Origin: Cladosporium halotolerans
Lineage: Eukaryota
DNA length: 64,000 nucleotides
Direction: 5' to 3'
Assembly (NCBI RefSeq): GCF_011745625.1
Contig: NW_027191453.1
Location: 496,001 to 560,000 of the forward strand
Position 1 is the stretch's first letter; each line of letters opens with the position of its first letter. Both the position numbers and the translations under genes were made by a program. The notes below the pieces were generated by a model. It made no database searches and was not told the origin of the DNA. It was given only the letters and a program-made list of their open reading frames with translations. Positions 1 through 13,172 of the stretch are shown piece by piece.

Positions 1-386
1 GTAAAAATGTATTCATGGTAAGCTGTGTGAGTCGCTGTTGCATCCATGGGGAGATGCGTGGTTGCTGTATAGTTTGTGTCAACATGTACGCGTCTAGATC
101 TACTCCACAAGTCATATTTTCACCTTTTCGTCAGACTCTGAGTAAAGGGCTAGCGATAGCACGCACCTTGAGAGCTGTGAATAGCTGCTAGGACACAGCC
201 AGCTCGTCTGGTAGGGAAACTGATAAAGTAAATTCATGGTCTCCATCGGCGCTCGCCTACCTAAGCTCTGCCGAACAGGGTCAGGTCCAGCCGGGTCGGC
301 GCGTGGCTGATGCGGGGTCCAAGGGCGCGGGCGAGCCCTGAGAGCCTCGAAGCTCGAGTCGCGTGCGCTCGCCGGCCTCCAAACGC

Positions 387-411
387 TGATAAAGTGATAA
401 AGACTCTTATC
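387..411. promoter_or_regulatory. Cluster of three GATA (HGATAR) sites upstream of FUR1, with TATAAA at 470-475
   Basis: TGATAA 387-392, TGATAA 395-400, CTTATC 406-411; a further TGATAA at 221-226. TATAAA lies about 100 bp before the ATG. Confidence 0.5.
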
Positions 412-569
412 TGCTTCTTGAATTACCTGATTCACTTGTCCTCACGCGAACACAATCACTCGCCGACGCTATAAATTCCTCCACGCCTGACTCTTCCTCC
501 ACACCCTACCGCAAGCTCTCCGAGTTACGCAGAGCAAAATCCACCAAAAAACCCTCCATCTCCGCAGCC

Positions 570-1509
<940 letters not shown>

Positions 1510-2489
1510 TCGAATGTCCGCACGAACGAAGAAAGTCACGAGCTTCAGGCCTCGAAAAGGCAAGGCTACCCGAGAGTTCTGGGTCACACCGTGCGGCACG
1601 GGGCGCCTGCATTAAGTATCAATACTTCCTAGGTACATCAGCAGAAACATGCTGGCAGGTCGCTCCCGTACTGTAGTAGACCACTAGCCTCGATTTCTAT
1701 TGGAGGAAAGACGTACACCTCCGCGTGAAGATCCAGCCAACTGTCTTAGCTGAGGAGATCGTCGGCCGTGATCTCGGAGTAAGCAAGACGTCTTTCACGT
1801 TGGGAAGCGAGTTGATGCAACTCGCTCAACGATCGGGGCTGTCCATAGAAGTCGTTCTGCATGTAGAGTATAGTCTGCGAACTCGTTGAAAATCACGTGC
1901 ATCGATCAAAATAACATCGTTAAATTTCCGTAGACCGTCGAAAATGACCAAGCCTGACCGTGAATGTACCTAATGTACGCTTCACATGGGCGTGTGCCGC
2001 GCACTAATTTACCGCAAACTTGAGTTCCTGGCCCCCAATGAATTCCTGGACTACAGACAAGTATCTCAATGGTGAACTCGTATGCTAAGAACATGGGCCA
2101 GACGGCATGAGCTGTGTTCGAGGTGCGGAGAAGCTTGGGATGGTGTCGGCAGCTTGCTTCTCAGCGGCAAGATCTCATTCTGATCGTTCATGCTTGATGG
2201 CATTGCCTCTTAGGCTCTCAGACGGAAGAACAGCAACGGTTAAATTGAGTTTAACCCATTTTCAATCGATAGCTGATCCTTTTCAAATTCCATTGTCATT
2301 GCATTGGTTTCCATCAGCCCTACGGATTTCAATTCCCGAAACCCTGACGCAACTTGCTCAGATCGTCGGGATAGGATACCTATTGCCGAGCGACAAGACC
2401 ACCTCAGTTGAACGCGTATTTATCGACGAGAGCAGACCCATCTGCTTGATTGTGGCTACTCAATTGTTTACGCAGTCACTTCTCCAATA

Positions 2490-3776
2490 ATGCCACCCTC
2501 TGCCACGCGCCCCGGCGTGACAACCGCGGTAGCGGCATTTGCGACACTAGCCACCGTCGTTGGCGCTATCCACTACCTCGAGATACCATCTTTGCTCTCA
2601 CAGAGAAAACGATCGAGGAAAGTGGAGAAGCGCTGCTACGACACTGAAGAAGAATACTCGCTTGCAGCATTCAAGACTCTGACCTCGCAAATCACCCTCC
2701 CCACAACCTACCCTCTCGCTATCGACGTCCAGAAGAACATACCGATCTACGACTGCTCCGGCTTCAAAGGAACCGAGACCGAAGCGCTCAAAGACGAAAT
2801 CTTCCACATCCTCTACCACGGCCCCGGCGTCTTCGTCTTTAAACATTTCTTCACAAACATGGCCACCCTCGACGCCGCCAACGCCGCCTTCGCATCCATC
2901 ATCGCCTCCGAGCAAGCCCAACCCGCCGGCGCCAAAGGCGACCACTTCGCGCCCGCGTCCGCCAACAGCCGCATCTGGAACTCCTTCTCCAAGCACTGCA
3001 TCCGCGACCCCGCCTCCTTCGTCGCCTACTACTCGAACCCGCTCTTCCGCCTTGTCAGCGAAGCCTACCTCGGCCCCGCGTACAAGCTCACGACGCAGCT
3101 CAACGTCGTCAAGCCCGGCGGCGCCGCGCAGGTCTCGCACCGCGACTACCACCTCGGCTTCCAGACGGCGGAGGCCGTCGCGCGCTGGCCGAAGCCGATG
3201 CACGACGCCAGCCGCCTGCTGACGCTCCAGGGCGCCGTCGCGCACTCGGATATGCCGCTTGAGAGCGGGCCGACGAGGCTGTTGCCGTTTAGTCAGGGGT
3301 TTGGGGAGGGGTTCATGGCGTACAGGCGGGGGGAGTTCGATGCGTATTTCTTGGAGAAGTACGTTGCGCTGCCGCTGGAGAAGGGCGATGCGGTGTTTTT
3401 CTCGCCGGCGCTGTTTCATGCGGCGGGGGAGAATCGGACGGCGGATTTCGAGCGCAGTGCGAATTTGATCCAGGTGTCTTCGGCGTTCGGGAAGACGATG
3501 GAGACGGTGGATTCGCTGCCTTTGGTGGAGAAGTCGTGGGATATCCTCAGCGAGAAGTGTCGGAAAGAAGGTCTTAATGATGAGGTCGAGGCATTTGTTT
3601 GTGCTGTTGCAGAAGGGTATCCGTTCCCGACGAATTTGGATCGCAGGCCGCCGGCCCCGGGCGGTATGGCGCCCGAGAGTGAGCAAGATGTTCTGATGCG
3701 GGCACTTAGTGACGGATGGAACAAGGAGGAAGTGACGGAAAAGCTTACTGAGATGCGCAAAGCTAGCGGTGCTTGA
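2490..3776 (+). CDS. Phytanoyl-CoA dioxygenase (PhyH) family Fe(II)/2-oxoglutarate dioxygenase
   Basis: 428-aa ORF with PGGAAQVSHRDYH (HxD), ESGPTRLLPFS and LEKGDAVFFSPALFHAAGEN (distal His); hydrophobic N-terminal segment. Confidence 0.85.
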   Translation: MPPSATRPGVTTAVAAFATLATVVGAIHYLEIPSLLSQRKRSRKVEKRCYDTEEEYSLAAFKTLTSQITLPTTYPLAIDVQKNIPIYDCSGFKGTETEALKDEIFHILYHGPGVFVFKHFFTNMATLDAANAAFASIIASEQAQPAGAKGDHFAPASANSRIWNSFSKHCIRDPASFVAYYSNPLFRLVSEAYLGPAYKLTTQLNVVKPGGAAQVSHRDYHLGFQTAEAVARWPKPMHDASRLLTLQGAVAHSDMPLESGPTRLLPFSQGFGEGFMAYRRGEFDAYFLEKYVALPLEKGDAVFFSPALFHAAGENRTADFERSANLIQVSSAFGKTMETVDSLPLVEKSWDILSEKCRKEGLNDEVEAFVCAVAEGYPFPTNLDRRPPAPGGMAPESEQDVLMRALSDGWNKEEVTEKLTEMRKASGA

Positions 3777-4147
3777 GCTTCATTATTCAGTTCATTATGA
3801 ATTCTTGGACAACAGTGTACCATGCCTCCATGCTACTGGTAATTTGTCCAATATACAGCCCAATGATATCTTCGGCGGTCGTGAAAGCGAACAGTAGAAT
3901 AGCCATTGCTCTCGTGCTGCTCACCATGTCTGGTGAACGATCTATACTGCCGTACGGTGGAATGTGTGAGAACATTCGCTCGTTTTTGGCCGGCAGTGAT
4001 GCCGGACACCGGGCTGCGGATCACATGGAAGCGTCATGCCCGGTGATGCAGAGAGCCGTGTGCTCGGCTTGATGTTTGTGAACGCCATCTTGGGTGATAG
4101 TCATCGTTGCTGTATTCAGTCGAATCACGCGATGCCAAAGCATGACT

Positions 4148-5050
4148 TCAACCTCGCCGGGCACTGTGAAGCATATCTAAGAGCACGTTCTGCTGACTAG
4201 CAGGCTGAGGCGGTGGCTGCTGGAATTGAGGCGGAGCCACTGGCGAGTTTGAACTGCGAAAGAAATCCGTGTCCGGGTTCGACATAAACTTGGGTTGTTG
4301 AGGATATTGAGGTGCAGGTTCTGGCACAGTCTGCGCGGGCCCTTGCTGTTGCGCTGGCCTTCCGAATAGATGCATCAAGTCAATCGTCTGAGATTGCTGT
4401 GGTTGCTGAGGCGCTTCCATTGGAGGCTGTGCTTGGTGTTCGAACCCGTCCAGACCATACTGCTGCGGAACCTGTTGGGCCTCTCCGTATGCCTCTTCAG
4501 CGTGCTTCCTCCCCTCCTCCGCTCTCATCGCACACTCCTCAATAGCCATGGCCACAACCTGCTGCGTACTCGGCGTCACGTTCTCTTCTGAAAAGATCCA
4601 CAGACCATAGATCTGCAGCGTGCCGTCCTCGGCAGGCGTCTGCAAGATCACATAGCTGTCCGTGATCTCCACATTATTCGCGCTCTCCAACTCTACTATG
4701 AAATTGTCGAGGCTCTTGCGGTTCAGAATGATCACGCTGTAACGCGAGTGACTTGCGCCCGCCAGCTGGCACACGAAGAGCGTGCCCTCAGTCCCGATCT
4801 TTTCCCATCCTTCCGTCTCGGGCGAGAAAGAGTAGACCACGGCGAAGGGCGCGATTTGCACGATGCGCTCGACTTCGGGGCAATAGCGTCGCAGGACCAG
4901 GAGATTCAGCTCGGTGTTTGTGCGCGTGGGAGGCGGTGCGATGTGCGCGGCCACGTTGTCCGTGAAGGTTGCTGTGTCGGTTTCGTAGTCGGAGATGGCG
5001 GGCTGCGGTTGCAGCTGTGCTGCGCGGGTTGAGCGCTTTTTGGGAGGCAT
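4148..5050 (-). CDS. DCP1: mRNA decapping subunit Dcp1 (EVH1 domain plus Q/P-rich tail)
   Basis: ELNLLVLRRY..APFAVVYSF..WEKIGTEGTLFV..IILNRKSLDNF..IYGLWIF is the Dcp1 EVH1 signature. Confidence 0.85.
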   Translation of the reverse strand: MPPKKRSTRAAQLQPQPAISDYETDTATFTDNVAAHIAPPPTRTNTELNLLVLRRYCPEVERIVQIAPFAVVYSFSPETEGWEKIGTEGTLFVCQLAGASHSRYSVIILNRKSLDNFIVELESANNVEITDSYVILQTPAEDGTLQIYGLWIFSEENVTPSTQQVVAMAIEECAMRAEEGRKHAEEAYGEAQQVPQQYGLDGFEHQAQPPMEAPQQPQQSQTIDLMHLFGRPAQQQGPAQTVPEPAPQYPQQPKFMSNPDTDFFRSSNSPVAPPQFQQPPPQPASQQNVLLDMLHSARRG

Positions 5051-5454
5051 CGGAACGGCGCTCGAAGTGAGCTTGTGTAGAAAATGATGTGGTTGCCGCG
5101 GTTTATGGGTGTTCTAAGTTTGGCGGTGTTCGTAGTGCCCAATCGCAAACATGTGCTTGCTCGCATGAAGTCAATCGCGATCAGCAAGCTTCAGCCCAGC
5201 GCAAGCCGGCGCGACAATCACTGCCACACTCCAACCATCCAGCGATGCCCACGCGACCCACCCAAGCCGCTGACGGTAGGTCTTCTGGACCCAGCTATGA
5301 TCGAATTTCTTGCCTATGCGCTCAACCTAGACCCGCTGTGAACCGCCATTTCCCATTTGTATTCCTGCGCATCCGCGACTCTCTGCATCATGACTCTCCC
5401 AACGTGCCGTTAACAGAGGACAATCGCGACTTTGTGTGATCGACGTCTAGCGCC

Positions 5455-8400
5455 ATGCCTGGCACCAGGTCCAGGCCCGTGAGCACGAGCACCACCAGCA
5501 GCTTGATGCAAGACGTGCCTGGCGGCTTTCCGGCGCGCGAGGAAGTGGACGAGGATGAATCGACTTACCAGAGCCTGACGCAGGCCGTTCACGCCCGGCG
5601 CGCCGAATACGTCAAGCCGAAGCAGCTGCGCATCAAGGTCGGAACGTGGAACACGGCATCGTTCAAAGGCGCAGAGAAAGACATTGGCGGATGGTTTATA
5701 GGCGGCAAAGGCGTGGCGGAATCGCTGGCTGGGCTGAAAGTGGGCGACCAGAACCAAGTGCACAATGGTGACGAGATACCAGACCAGGCTGGATTGGATG
5801 CGCGGGAGGACGTTGCTGCGCAAGAAGCGAGATATGCGCGCAAATCGTCAACCGTCCCCGAAAACGATCCCGGCTCGCTCCCGGGCGGCGAACATGTAGG
5901 CCTGTATGTCTTGGGCTTGCAAGAAGTCGTCGATGTCAACTCGGTATCGGAAGCCCTAAGACCCTACACCGACCCAGCAGTCGCAAAGAAGTGGAAGGTC
6001 GAAATCGAAAAGGCTTTGCCCAACGGCTATACACTAGTGGCTGAGCAGCAGCTCATTGGGCTGCTGCTTCTCATCTATGCTGCCCCGGATATTGCCAGTG
6101 AAGTTCGTTCGGTCAGTACTACAAGCGTTGGAACGGGCTTGGGAGGCTACATGGGAAACAAAGGTGCAGTTACGGCAAGATTAGTACTAGGAGACACAAC
6201 ACGCCTCGTTTTCGTCAACTCGCATCTCGCAGCCGGCTCAGACAAGACATCTTTGGAGCGCCGCAACTGGGATGCCTCGCAGATCGTGAGTCGAACTCGC
6301 TTCGAAGCCATCTCGGACGCCATGGATCTATCACAGACGTCTGGAGAACAGATTGGCGATGAAGACTTTGCTTTCTGGGTGGGAGACCTCAACTACCGGT
6401 TGGAGGGCATTCCTGGAGACGATGTGAGACGCTTGCTAATGCTGCACACGCGTAATGAGTACGATTTGAGCCAGCAGTCGGCGCAGAAGGTTGAAAAGGA
6501 GATCGAGAACGCGACGGACGCTGTCAAAGACCGAGTCGAAAACCGTCTGAGCACTGATTCCAACAATTCTGCGGTTTCTGCTTCCAATGCAGAGTCAAGC
6601 GAGAGCATCGACAATGCTGAAGAAGAGCCAACGCTGGTGGACGAAATTGAGGCTAGCTCCGATCCTACATCTTTGCAGACAACGCTCTCGTCATTGTTAC
6701 CCCACGATGAGTTACATCAGCAGATGAAAGCACGGAAGGCATTCCACGATGGGTGGCAGGAAGGTCCGATCAATTTTCTGCCAACGTACAAATACGACGT
6801 AGGCAGCGTGGGCGTTTTCGATTCTAGTGAGAAGAAACGTGCACCGTCTTGGTGTGACAGGATTCTCTACCGCACCCGCCGTGAGAAGCTTGCTTATGAA
6901 GCTACTGTGAAGGAAGAGGAGCTCGCCAAGAAGAAGGATGAAGAGATGAAGGCCAACGGCACCGACCAAGCTGCCCAGGAAGATGAGATTCTTTACGACT
7001 ACGACCCTGAAGCTGACGGCGGCGATATGAACGATTACGATGAATATGACGAAACACTTGACGCACCTGAGAATGTGGTCATTACGAAGGAAGGGTATGT
7101 GGATGAGATCAGCCTCGAATACTACGCTGCACATCAACGAATCTTGTCCTCCGACCATAAACCGCTGGATGCAATTTTCATGCTCAAGTACGACGCAGTC
7201 GACGCAACCCTCAAGGCAAAGGTCCACGCGGAGGTTGCTAAGGAGCTCGATAAGGTCGAGAATGACAGCAGACCAACTGTGACCGTCGTCGTAGATAAGC
7301 ACCGCCCAGACGACGTCGAGCACTCTGATGAGGATCCGGCGAGCTTTGAGGGCGTGTGGTTCGGTCATGTACGATGGGGTCAAGCCAAACATCGCGGTCT
7401 CACTATCGCAAATACTGGCAGGGTACCCGCAAGCTTCACTTTGATCGAGCGACCAGTCGGGCCCGGCCAAGCTCCTGGTGTTGCGCCAAAATGGCTCAAT
7501 CTGAAGATGAATGATCAAGACCTGTCCAGCTCAGTCGCAAACACGGAGCCTATACACCTCGAACCCGGAGAGACTGCCAACGTAGAGCTCGAACTCCGCG
7601 TATTCGACATGCACATCGTCCAAGCCTTGAACGAAGGCATCAAGCGCTTGGAAGACATCCTCGTGCTCCGCGTCGAAGGTGGCCGTGATCACTTCGTGCC
7701 TGTCCGAGCAGAATGGTCAACTTCCTCTCTGGGCCGGTCTATAGACAAGTTGATCCGAATTCCCGAAGGCGGCATCCGCAGGCTCCAGAGCCAACGCCCC
7801 GACAGCAACAAAGGCGTCCAGTCAGCTTCCCACCCTCGCTCCGGCTCTGGATCCACCAAATCCGCGGCCTCCAACAACTCCTCCCGAGTCTCCCTCGACG
7901 AGGCTCCAGTAAGGTTCTCAGCGCCCCGAGAATTGTTCCGGCTGACGGAAGCGGTAGAAGAGCTGAGCGCCCGCGTCATCGCCGAGCACGAAATGACCGC
8001 CTCGGAAGACTCGCCCAATCCCCCCTGGCGCTCACACCCGGCCTGGCCCTTCGACGCCGCCAGCTGGGCCGAGCAAGGCACAGAGCAGTGGAACGCCGCC
8101 CTCTCGGACGCCTGCAACGCGCTCGACGAAGATACCCCCCTCGAGCCCGCCCTCGACCCTGCCCTCCCCAAGCTCCAGCGCCTGCACGTCCTCGCCAGCC
8201 TTCTCCTCACCTTCCTCGCCAGCCTGACCGACGGCATCGTCCCCGCGCCCCTCTGGCCCGCGCTGGACTCCTACCTCGCCGACGCCGAGCGCGCCAAGCG
8301 CAAGCCCTCCGTCGACGAAGAGCGCACCGCCCTCCAGGAGCTCCTCCTCTCCCACGCCTCCGCCAGCCACAGCATCTCCTTCGTCCTCATCACCTCCATG

Positions 8401-8682
8401 CTCGACCGCCTCGTGCAGGAGACGCACCCCGCCGCGCGCGAAGCCCAGCTGCCCGAGCCGCCCACGAGCCCCTCGCGCCTCGCTATGGCCATGCCCTTCC
8501 GCCGCCTGGGCAAGCTGCCCGCGGCGCCGGAGCGCGAGGTCGCGGCGCAGGCGCTGGCGCGGGTTTTCGCGCCCGTGGTGGTTAGGGCGGAGACGCCGGC
8601 GGGCGAGAAGGCGCGCGCGCTGCTGGAGAGGAGGAGGGGGGAGGTGGTGGAGGTGTTTTTGAGGAGGGAAGGGCAGGCTTGA
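5455..8682 (+). CDS. OCRL/INPP5B-like inositol polyphosphate 5-phosphatase with ASH-like and degenerate RhoGAP-like C-terminal regions
   Basis: 5-phosphatase motifs VGTWN, LGLQEVV, GNKGAV, FVNSHLAA, FWVGDLNYR, PTYKYD, PSWCDRIL, SSDHKP. These are followed by LTIANTG..EDILVLRVEGGRDHF and a PRELFRL helical region. Confidence 0.9.
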   Translation: MPGTRSRPVSTSTTSSLMQDVPGGFPAREEVDEDESTYQSLTQAVHARRAEYVKPKQLRIKVGTWNTASFKGAEKDIGGWFIGGKGVAESLAGLKVGDQNQVHNGDEIPDQAGLDAREDVAAQEARYARKSSTVPENDPGSLPGGEHVGLYVLGLQEVVDVNSVSEALRPYTDPAVAKKWKVEIEKALPNGYTLVAEQQLIGLLLLIYAAPDIASEVRSVSTTSVGTGLGGYMGNKGAVTARLVLGDTTRLVFVNSHLAAGSDKTSLERRNWDASQIVSRTRFEAISDAMDLSQTSGEQIGDEDFAFWVGDLNYRLEGIPGDDVRRLLMLHTRNEYDLSQQSAQKVEKEIENATDAVKDRVENRLSTDSNNSAVSASNAESSESIDNAEEEPTLVDEIEASSDPTSLQTTLSSLLPHDELHQQMKARKAFHDGWQEGPINFLPTYKYDVGSVGVFDSSEKKRAPSWCDRILYRTRREKLAYEATVKEEELAKKKDEEMKANGTDQAAQEDEILYDYDPEADGGDMNDYDEYDETLDAPENVVITKEGYVDEISLEYYAAHQRILSSDHKPLDAIFMLKYDAVDATLKAKVHAEVAKELDKVENDSRPTVTVVVDKHRPDDVEHSDEDPASFEGVWFGHVRWGQAKHRGLTIANTGRVPASFTLIERPVGPGQAPGVAPKWLNLKMNDQDLSSSVANTEPIHLEPGETANVELELRVFDMHIVQALNEGIKRLEDILVLRVEGGRDHFVPVRAEWSTSSLGRSIDKLIRIPEGGIRRLQSQRPDSNKGVQSASHPRSGSGSTKSAASNNSSRVSLDEAPVRFSAPRELFRLTEAVEELSARVIAEHEMTASEDSPNPPWRSHPAWPFDAASWAEQGTEQWNAALSDACNALDEDTPLEPALDPALPKLQRLHVLASLLLTFLASLTDGIVPAPLWPALDSYLADAERAKRKPSVDEERTALQELLLSHASASHSISFVLITSMLDRLVQETHPAAREAQLPEPPTSPSRLAMAMPFRRLGKLPAAPEREVAAQALARVFAPVVVRAETPAGEKARALLERRRGEVVEVFLRREGQA

Positions 8683-9445
8683 AAGGGAGCTTGTTTCGGT
8701 GAGTGGTGGTTTTGGGAAATCTGCGACGCGGATAGTCGCGTTTGTGTTGCTGCTCGTCTTGCTTTCTCGACGACAATCTATGTACACCGAACTGCCAGCA
8801 TTAACAAGGCGTTGCGTCCCTCCTACGCCTGCCTGACCGGAGAGACCGTCTTGGGTCCTGTCCCAGCTACCTGACTCCTGATCCATCCGTCCTGTCCTGT
8901 CGGCCTGGATTACTAGCTGTAACGCCCTCCCTGTGCCGATCCCATCACCGGGCGCGTGGCCCTCCCGAAATTACAAGTTTCCTTCCGCGTAAAGTCCCCC
9001 ACCTAGCGCCCCAGCATTTGGAGGGGGCGCCGAATCCGAATCGAAGCCCTTCCCCGGCCGCGGCGAGCGGAGCATCGCAGAGCAGCAAGCGCTTTGCCGC
9101 GGCGAATGTTCCCTCGGAGTCGACGTTCGACGTTCGACGTTCGACTCGCCCGCCGGCCGTCGTCCAGTGGAATAGACGGTCACGTGCCAACACCGCCAGC
9201 GCCCCGCCGGAAAGAATAGATTCCGCTGGATAAAGACGCAGCGCGAAGGCCGGCCTGCCTGCCTGCCTCGAAGCTCATCACAAGGCGGCATGCGCACAGC
9301 GCAGATAACTCCATAGACCCCCGCTCGCTCGCTTGCCTTAGGCAAGGATGAAAAAAAAAAAAATCAAAAGCGATCAGACAACCAAACAAGATTGCCTCAG
9401 CCCAGATAGAGACGAAACCCGCCATTTAAAAAACGCGTTCGTCGC

Positions 9446-9739
9446 TCAGCGCCCGCTCTCGCTGACCTCGTCGAAGTCCGGGAACGAAATGTACCCGTCG
9501 CGCTGGTGCACGCAGTCCTCCCAGCTGCGGCGGCGCTCCATGGCGGCTTCCGGGGGCGGGGCCGCGCAGCTGCGGCGGGGGGAGGCGGTGCGCGAGGCGA
9601 CTTGCGAGAGGATGTTTTTGGCGCTGCCGTTGGTGTCGGGGCGTTGGCTTGGTGGTGAGGGACGGTCGGAGGTGTAGGAGTGTTGGCGGTTGATGGAGGG
9701 GGGCAGGATGGTGGGTGGGGTGATGGGGGATTTCTTCAT
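9446..9739 (-). CDS. Small S/P-rich hypothetical protein (about 97 aa) ending RRRSWED..DGYISFPDFDE
   Basis: First ATG at 9739, after a C/A-rich leader typical of 5' UTRs in this window. The C-terminal motif looks protein-like. No family recognised. Confidence 0.5.
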   Translation of the reverse strand: MKKSPITPPTILPPSINRQHSYTSDRPSPPSQRPDTNGSAKNILSQVASRTASPRRSCAAPPPEAAMERRRSWEDCVHQRDGYISFPDFDEVSESGR

Positions 9740-12700
9740 CTTTGGTTGTTGGTGAGGAGGTCGAGGAGAATATTTGACTTGATCCAATCAAGAATTGGGG
9801 TTGTTTGTCGAGGTTGAGCTTGTGTTTATTTCGACGACGAGTTGCTCCGAGGTGGATTGTTTGGTTGGTGTGACGTCGTAGTTGTATGTCGTGGAACGTG
9901 AGTGGCGACGAAGGTGAGTTTCGGTTTCCAGGATGTGCCAGGTTGTTTCAATGTGTTTCAAGACGACAGCAGAGAGCAGTGTCAACAACGGGTGGTGGCA
10001 ATGGTATAACGGTTGGGGCTGCAGTTGAGAGCGAGAGGCGGACGAGCGATGGAAGCGAAGTCTTGTAATAGCAAGCCACTTCGTAAGGGTGACACGGAAC
10101 ACGAACAAAACAAGGTACCGCGCGGGTACCGTATACATACATATCTTACCGCGGCCGGACACGACGTAGACGGTACACACCTCCTCTCCCCTCTCGCCCT
10201 GTGCCGGGGCCCACTGGGCGATGGGTGACGGAGGGTCGCCGCCGGGCAGGGCATGGCATGGCCTTGCAGCGACTCGATCCCCGACGACACGCGCGTCTCC
10301 GCCCGCCGGGTCCCGCAGGGCCTCAGGCGCGAATCAGATGGCAAGGCCGCCGGCTGGTCGGGCTGGCGTGCACATGCGCTGTCCTGCCCACGCCGGACAG
10401 ACACAGTCTGGACCGCCGCGCCCTGCCGACATGCGACGGGCCGGCCGTCCAGGGCGCGCGCGAGGGGAGGCGTTGGCGCTACTGCGCGCAGGCCGTGGGA
10501 ACGGTGGTCGACGGCCGCCTGCCCTTGCTGCTTGGCGGCAGGCCGGCGATCTGAGATGCGTGTGCGTTGCAGGAGGAGGTGCCCAGGCGGTAGTAGCAGT
10601 AGTAGTGTATGCGCTGCGGCAGCACGTCGCGTGTCTGCTCGCTGCTTGCTTGCCAGCCTGCTTTGCCTGCTGCTGCCTGTCTGCGCTGTCGCTCATACTG
10701 CAGCGCTACGCTGCACTTCCACGCAGCCTGCGGTGCCCCTCGCTGTCATGCGGACGAGCAGCTGGAGTGGTGGTGGGGCCTCGCCCGGGCTGGAGACACG
10801 ATGCTCTGTCTCTCACTAACTGCTGTGTGCACGCCTACCTAGCTACAAAGTTACCACCGTGTGAGCGCATGCTGACGACGACAACGGCGGCCGAGAGAGG
10901 GGCAGGTCTCATCTCGTCTCGTCTATCCCTCGCCTCGCGCAGCACCCGCGCCCGCACCGCACCGCGACGGCTAATAATCTGACCGCCAGCGAGGAGGGGG
11001 CGCCTGCTGGCTGGCTAACCGTCGCCCAAGGACGGGTCGGTGACACGGCACATCCAGCAGCCAGGCAGCGACGTGTCGACCACGCCCGTCGACCCAAGAG
11101 GCTTTTCGGCGCCCGCCCGCTGTGGCTGCCATGTGCCCGCCCTGCCCTGGCTACTGCTGACATGCCCGACGCCTACCTTACTACATACCTCGGTGCTGAT
11201 TCCTGGCTCTGCTCTGCTCCACTCCCGCCTACCGCCTGCGGTCCTGCGCCCATTCAGATGACCCGCTTCCGTTCCCGCCCGCGGGCAGCACCGCGCCGTT
11301 GGCAAGTCGCCCGCCCGGGGCGCTCGGAAGGCGAAGACTACTTCTTAGATCAGAGCGAGGATCATGGGTGTGACGTGGAGCCACGGCCATCGCGACGTTC
11401 AGGCCGACGACGGCACGCCTTCTGGCGCGTTTCGCATCGGCCGCCGCACGCACTGCGCTGTTCTGGCGGTAACACACCGACTCCTCACTCGCAGCCTCGC
11501 TGAATCAATCAATATCTCCCCCCTAAATTGCCCGCCGGATTGAGTGGGCGGTTTTACCGACGAGATTGGGCCCTTTCAGCCGACGGCTGCAGCCGTGCAG
11601 ACCACAAAGCTCACACACTTAGTACTCCGCCGCCAAAATGCAGGCACGGAGGACCGACTGGCGGTAAGGCGGGCAGTCCAGCGCACCGGCGATAATCATC
11701 TCGCGACACAAGCCAGCCCTCCCTTCGAGTCATACCGTTAGCACGCCGGGCACGCATTCTCTCGCACCTGGCCCCGTCCCGCGGGCGCCCGGCTCCTTCG
11801 AGTCGTCCGTCCACTTTCAATCGTTGATCCCAGCCCGGCCACGTTTCCAGACAGCCTCCTTCCCTGACCGACAAACGTGCCATCGCGATTCGAGGTCCGG
11901 TAGCGTGGTTCGGGGAGAGGGCTTCCGGGCTCGCGTAGCGTGAGTTTCGCGAGCACTTTGTTTCCGTCTGCGGACGGGAGCGAGGGAGGCTCGTCGGTCT
12001 GATGCTGGCGTGACGAGTACAGATCCCATCACACACTTGCGTGCAGCCCAATATGGGGGGTTGAGACGGAGAGCAGGTTTTCCTGCCTTCTTGCTTTTTT
12101 GGCGGCAGATGGCTTCATGCGCTGCTAATCTGGCGAGTGCGTTGTAAGTCATCTGCGCACGAGATCAGGCTTATCGTGGGTCGCAGCCACTGCATAAACT
12201 CCGTCACGGGCGAACAACGCGGTCACAATAATGATCACAACATTAAAGACGATGTCTGCTCGTACGAGACAGAGTTCGAAGCTGTCGTAGATCCTCCGTG
12301 CCGGAAAATCACTGTCACGAAAGCTGATCCCTGGACCGGCACCACTGCCGCTCCGGAGTTGCTGCCGTGTGGTTTGGCTGGGAGCGCTTCCAAACCTTCT
12401 TGTGATGTGATGACGGGAGAATTACTGCGAAGTCTGGCTGTCATTAGTACATCGGGTGAATGTACCAGACGTCTGCAAAAGCTTGTTAAAGTAATGATTG
12501 AGTGATGACATTACTAAGATTGTGTTTTGATGCCCAGGGAGCTGATGTGACATGTTGGTCTCTTTGTGCGGGGGACATGCTGATCTAGGTACATGTGCTT
12601 GCCGATGTCCTGTTCCGACGCCATTGCATTGTCTGGCGTCGGTCCAATACTACGACAGATTATCAAAGTGCGATTCAGCAGGCGATCGGTAGCGACCAGC

Positions 12701-13172
12701 CAGACTCGAGTGCCTATGCCAATCGCACAGTACAGTTTGGATGAAGCAAAAATGTGTTTGAGCATCGTGTGAGCTTCTCGTCTCCAGGCTTCGAGGATTT
12801 GGCTCTGGTCTATCGACAGGTTTGACTGTTTACCTGGCGATTTCTGCGTGGTTTTCGGATACAGTACTTCTCATGGACCTCCAGCGACTCTTAATTACAC
12901 ATGCTTTCGCACTCACATGCGGCCCCTTCACTCTCAAAGAAAGAGATGAGATGAACTGATGATCCCGAGTGGTGAAGCCAACGCCCGCAAAGCCGTCGAC
13001 CCGCACCACCCACAAAGCGCACCACCGCCGCGAAAACTTCACGCCGTCCATACACACAGTGTAATAAACCCAACCGACGCGACAACACACAAGGATCCAG
13101 CCATCCTATTCGTGCCTCATTTTCCTTCCCTTTCTTTTCCTCCCACCCCACAAAAACATCACTAAAAAAAAC

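Noticed and set aside
9121..9145. GACGTTC tandem repeat (3 copies), plus other short repeats (GCCGAC at about 23850, poly-A at 9351, poly-C at about 29490)
   Set aside because: Ordinary microsatellites or homopolymers. There is no repeat-spacer structure, so this is not a CRISPR array.
10221..10982. 253-aa and overlapping ORFs in the GC-rich spacer
   Set aside because: Ala/Arg/Cys-rich translations of low-complexity GC-rich DNA in several frames at once, with no coding signature.
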